Source: Cycas panzhihuaensis
Lineage: Eukaryota; Plantae; Cycadophyta
Direction: 5' to 3'
Assembly (NCBI GenBank): GCA_023213395.1
Contig: CM041465.1
Coordinates: 141,987,741-142,051,740 of the forward strand
DNA length: 64,000 bases
Position 1 is the first letter of the stretch, and every line of letters begins with the position of its first letter. The translations under genes and the position numbers were made by a program. Positions 61,917 to 64,000 of this stretch are shown in pieces. Under the pieces are notes generated by a model, which ran no database searches, had not been told where the DNA came from, and was given only the letters and a program-made list of their open reading frames with translations.

Positions 61917-64000
61917 ATGTATGTATGTATTTGTATTTGTATTTTTGTTGATTTTATGATTTTTTTAAAAATTTTTAATAGTTTTATACTATTTTAAGTT
62001 TTTGGAATGGTTTACTAGAAAGAGAAATAAGTAAATTAAGGAAATGGTGATGGAATAACTAGAAAGACAAGGTTATGGGGGTATCAAGGAGTGGTGTATC
62101 CTAAGAAATCCATGACCTGATCTAGTGTGTATAAATATACAAGGTGGTTTGTCCTCACTTCAAAGCATAGGTTGTGGTTTAAGCTCTCACTAGAGAATAA
62201 GGGAAGTTGGCAGCTTGGCCAAGATTCCAAGGTGGGTTAAGAATGCCTAGGGTTATCACTATAGTTTAGCATCTTTAGTGAGTACCCTTTAGATGTGAGA
62301 CTAAGGGAGGATTGCCCCCTAAGTACATGTCTCAATTAGAGGCCCATTAGTCTAGGATGGGCTCATCTACCAATTGTAAACAACACTCAAGGATGAAGGT
62401 AATTAACCTATCAGTCTTGATTTTGAGTCCTCATGGGATATGATGAATGGAGATAGAAGGTAAATGGGATAAAATGAATCAAGCAATCTTAATAAAAAAT
62501 CTTAATTGTAGGTAACGGACCTAGTAGACTTGGGTGAGCTCGGATACTATAAGCTAGGAGTCAAAATACAACATAATAAAGCCATGATAGATATGCAAGA
62601 CATCTATGCTAGTAGTATATTTAGCCATGTTATTAGTAGTAGTATGTAGGTATACTCTAGATTAGGTAAAAGTATGGCCTAAGTGGTCCCAAATGGTCCA
62701 TGCTATAGTAAAGGACCTAGGATTCCCATAGCTATCCCCATCAATGTGGATGCTCAATGCCATGGGGATTAATACAAATATAGCTTAGGGTAAAGTTACT
62801 GAATAAAGTGATGTGGTAGAAATTGACCAATCACCATAAGAACTCAAGTGGGCATGTGTAGTATGACTGAGATGACAAGTGAAACTCAGTCCTTGAGAAT
62901 GATTTTATGCCAATACCACAACCTCTTCTAGCCATGTAGGTAGGTTTCAATCATTATTGATACCATAATGGGCCCAAGTAACTAAATTAGAAGGTCCTAA
63001 ATAGTCCACTCAATTGGACCCAACCTATAAACCATAGGTGAGGATAAGGTTGTCATGCAAGCTGCCCCAGATATCTAGGAAGTGGTGGTGAATATGCTCC
63101 CCTAAAATACATGCATATTTTTTATTTTATACATTTTTCTGTTTTTTCCTTTTTTTCTTTTATTCTTTTTGTTTTCTTTCTCTCCTTTTTTTTCTCTTTT
63201 TATTTTGGCTTTAAAGGAGCATATGTGTGAATTTCTTAAATAGTGTGAAGTAGATATAGAGGCAAATTAGACCATGGGGATGCCAAGAAGGCTCACCATA
63301 TTAGTTATGCTTTAATAAAGAGCATAGTTGAACCATGAGAAACAATTAAAGAGGGTTAAATTACCAGATATAGAGGGTAATCCATGTAGCACCCTAAGTG
63401 CCTATCATGGGATATGCATGGAATGGGGTCTTTTGGTTAGTGACCATAAAGAACTAAGATGTCTTGTTACAATAGGGAACCAAATAAGAGATACTAAAAG
63501 CCCTCACCTAAGCTATGAATCAATCAAAATAGCATATTAGTACTCCTGAGGTGATGAAAAGAGGCCACAAGTAGAGGGGGAAGTTATACTAGGAGAAAAC
63601 AAACATGCAAATGAGGCTGGTTTGGGGAGATCCAAAGGCACCTAAAGCTCAATCAATTATCAAAATAATAGAAAAGGGGATTTATAAGATGATAGTATGG
63701 TTAGGGGAAGGTCATGGCTACAAAAGACTGAGTTCAAGAAGTGAATGAGTGCATAAAAGGTAATTTCAAAAAATAATGAAGAAAATAAAACGAATGAGAG
63801 AGTGGAAGTTAAGAAATGCTTGATGTTCATAGGGGCAATATGAGTGCAAAATATGGGGTTATTATTAAGAGACAGTCTTATGGACTATAAATATTATTAT
63901 GTGAGGAGATAAGTCACTAAGGAGGACATAAAGCTCTATCTCTAAATAAAATAAAGTCAATAATGGCATGTGTTGATGACAAAGATGTAAAAGTTGGGTG

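Overview
This is AT-rich plant-type heterochromatin with no host gene, RNA gene or intact transposon ORF. Positions 1-57799 resolve into a nest of LTR retrotransposons, mostly with LTR pairs, tRNA-iMet primer-binding sites (PBS), polypurine tracts (PPT) and 5-bp target-site duplications (TSD) readable by eye. The host is a tandem Ty1/copia pair, I+J (27305-57799, shared LTR 46786-47141). Into it are inserted: a minus-strand Ty3/gypsy G1 (to 27304), itself carrying a solo LTR, element A (containing copia B), deleted copia D and element C; non-autonomous element E; chromovirus F (containing antisense chromovirus G and a solo LTR); and non-autonomous element H. Reading frames are broken mainly by C>T/G>A stops. 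The most unusual signal is that three unrelated pol-less elements (C, E, H), and possibly a solo LTR, carry tandem 'LTR-end + PBS' units, with upstream units absorbed into both LTRs. This suggests a PBS ratchet that grows U5 and records past priming events. A and C also share a 3'-located mini-ORF (copia Gag N-terminus fused to a Pol-like tail), and E carries an unrecognised ~378-codon degenerate ORF. 57800-64000 is degenerate repeat-like DNA I could not classify. All alignments were made by eye; no searches were run.
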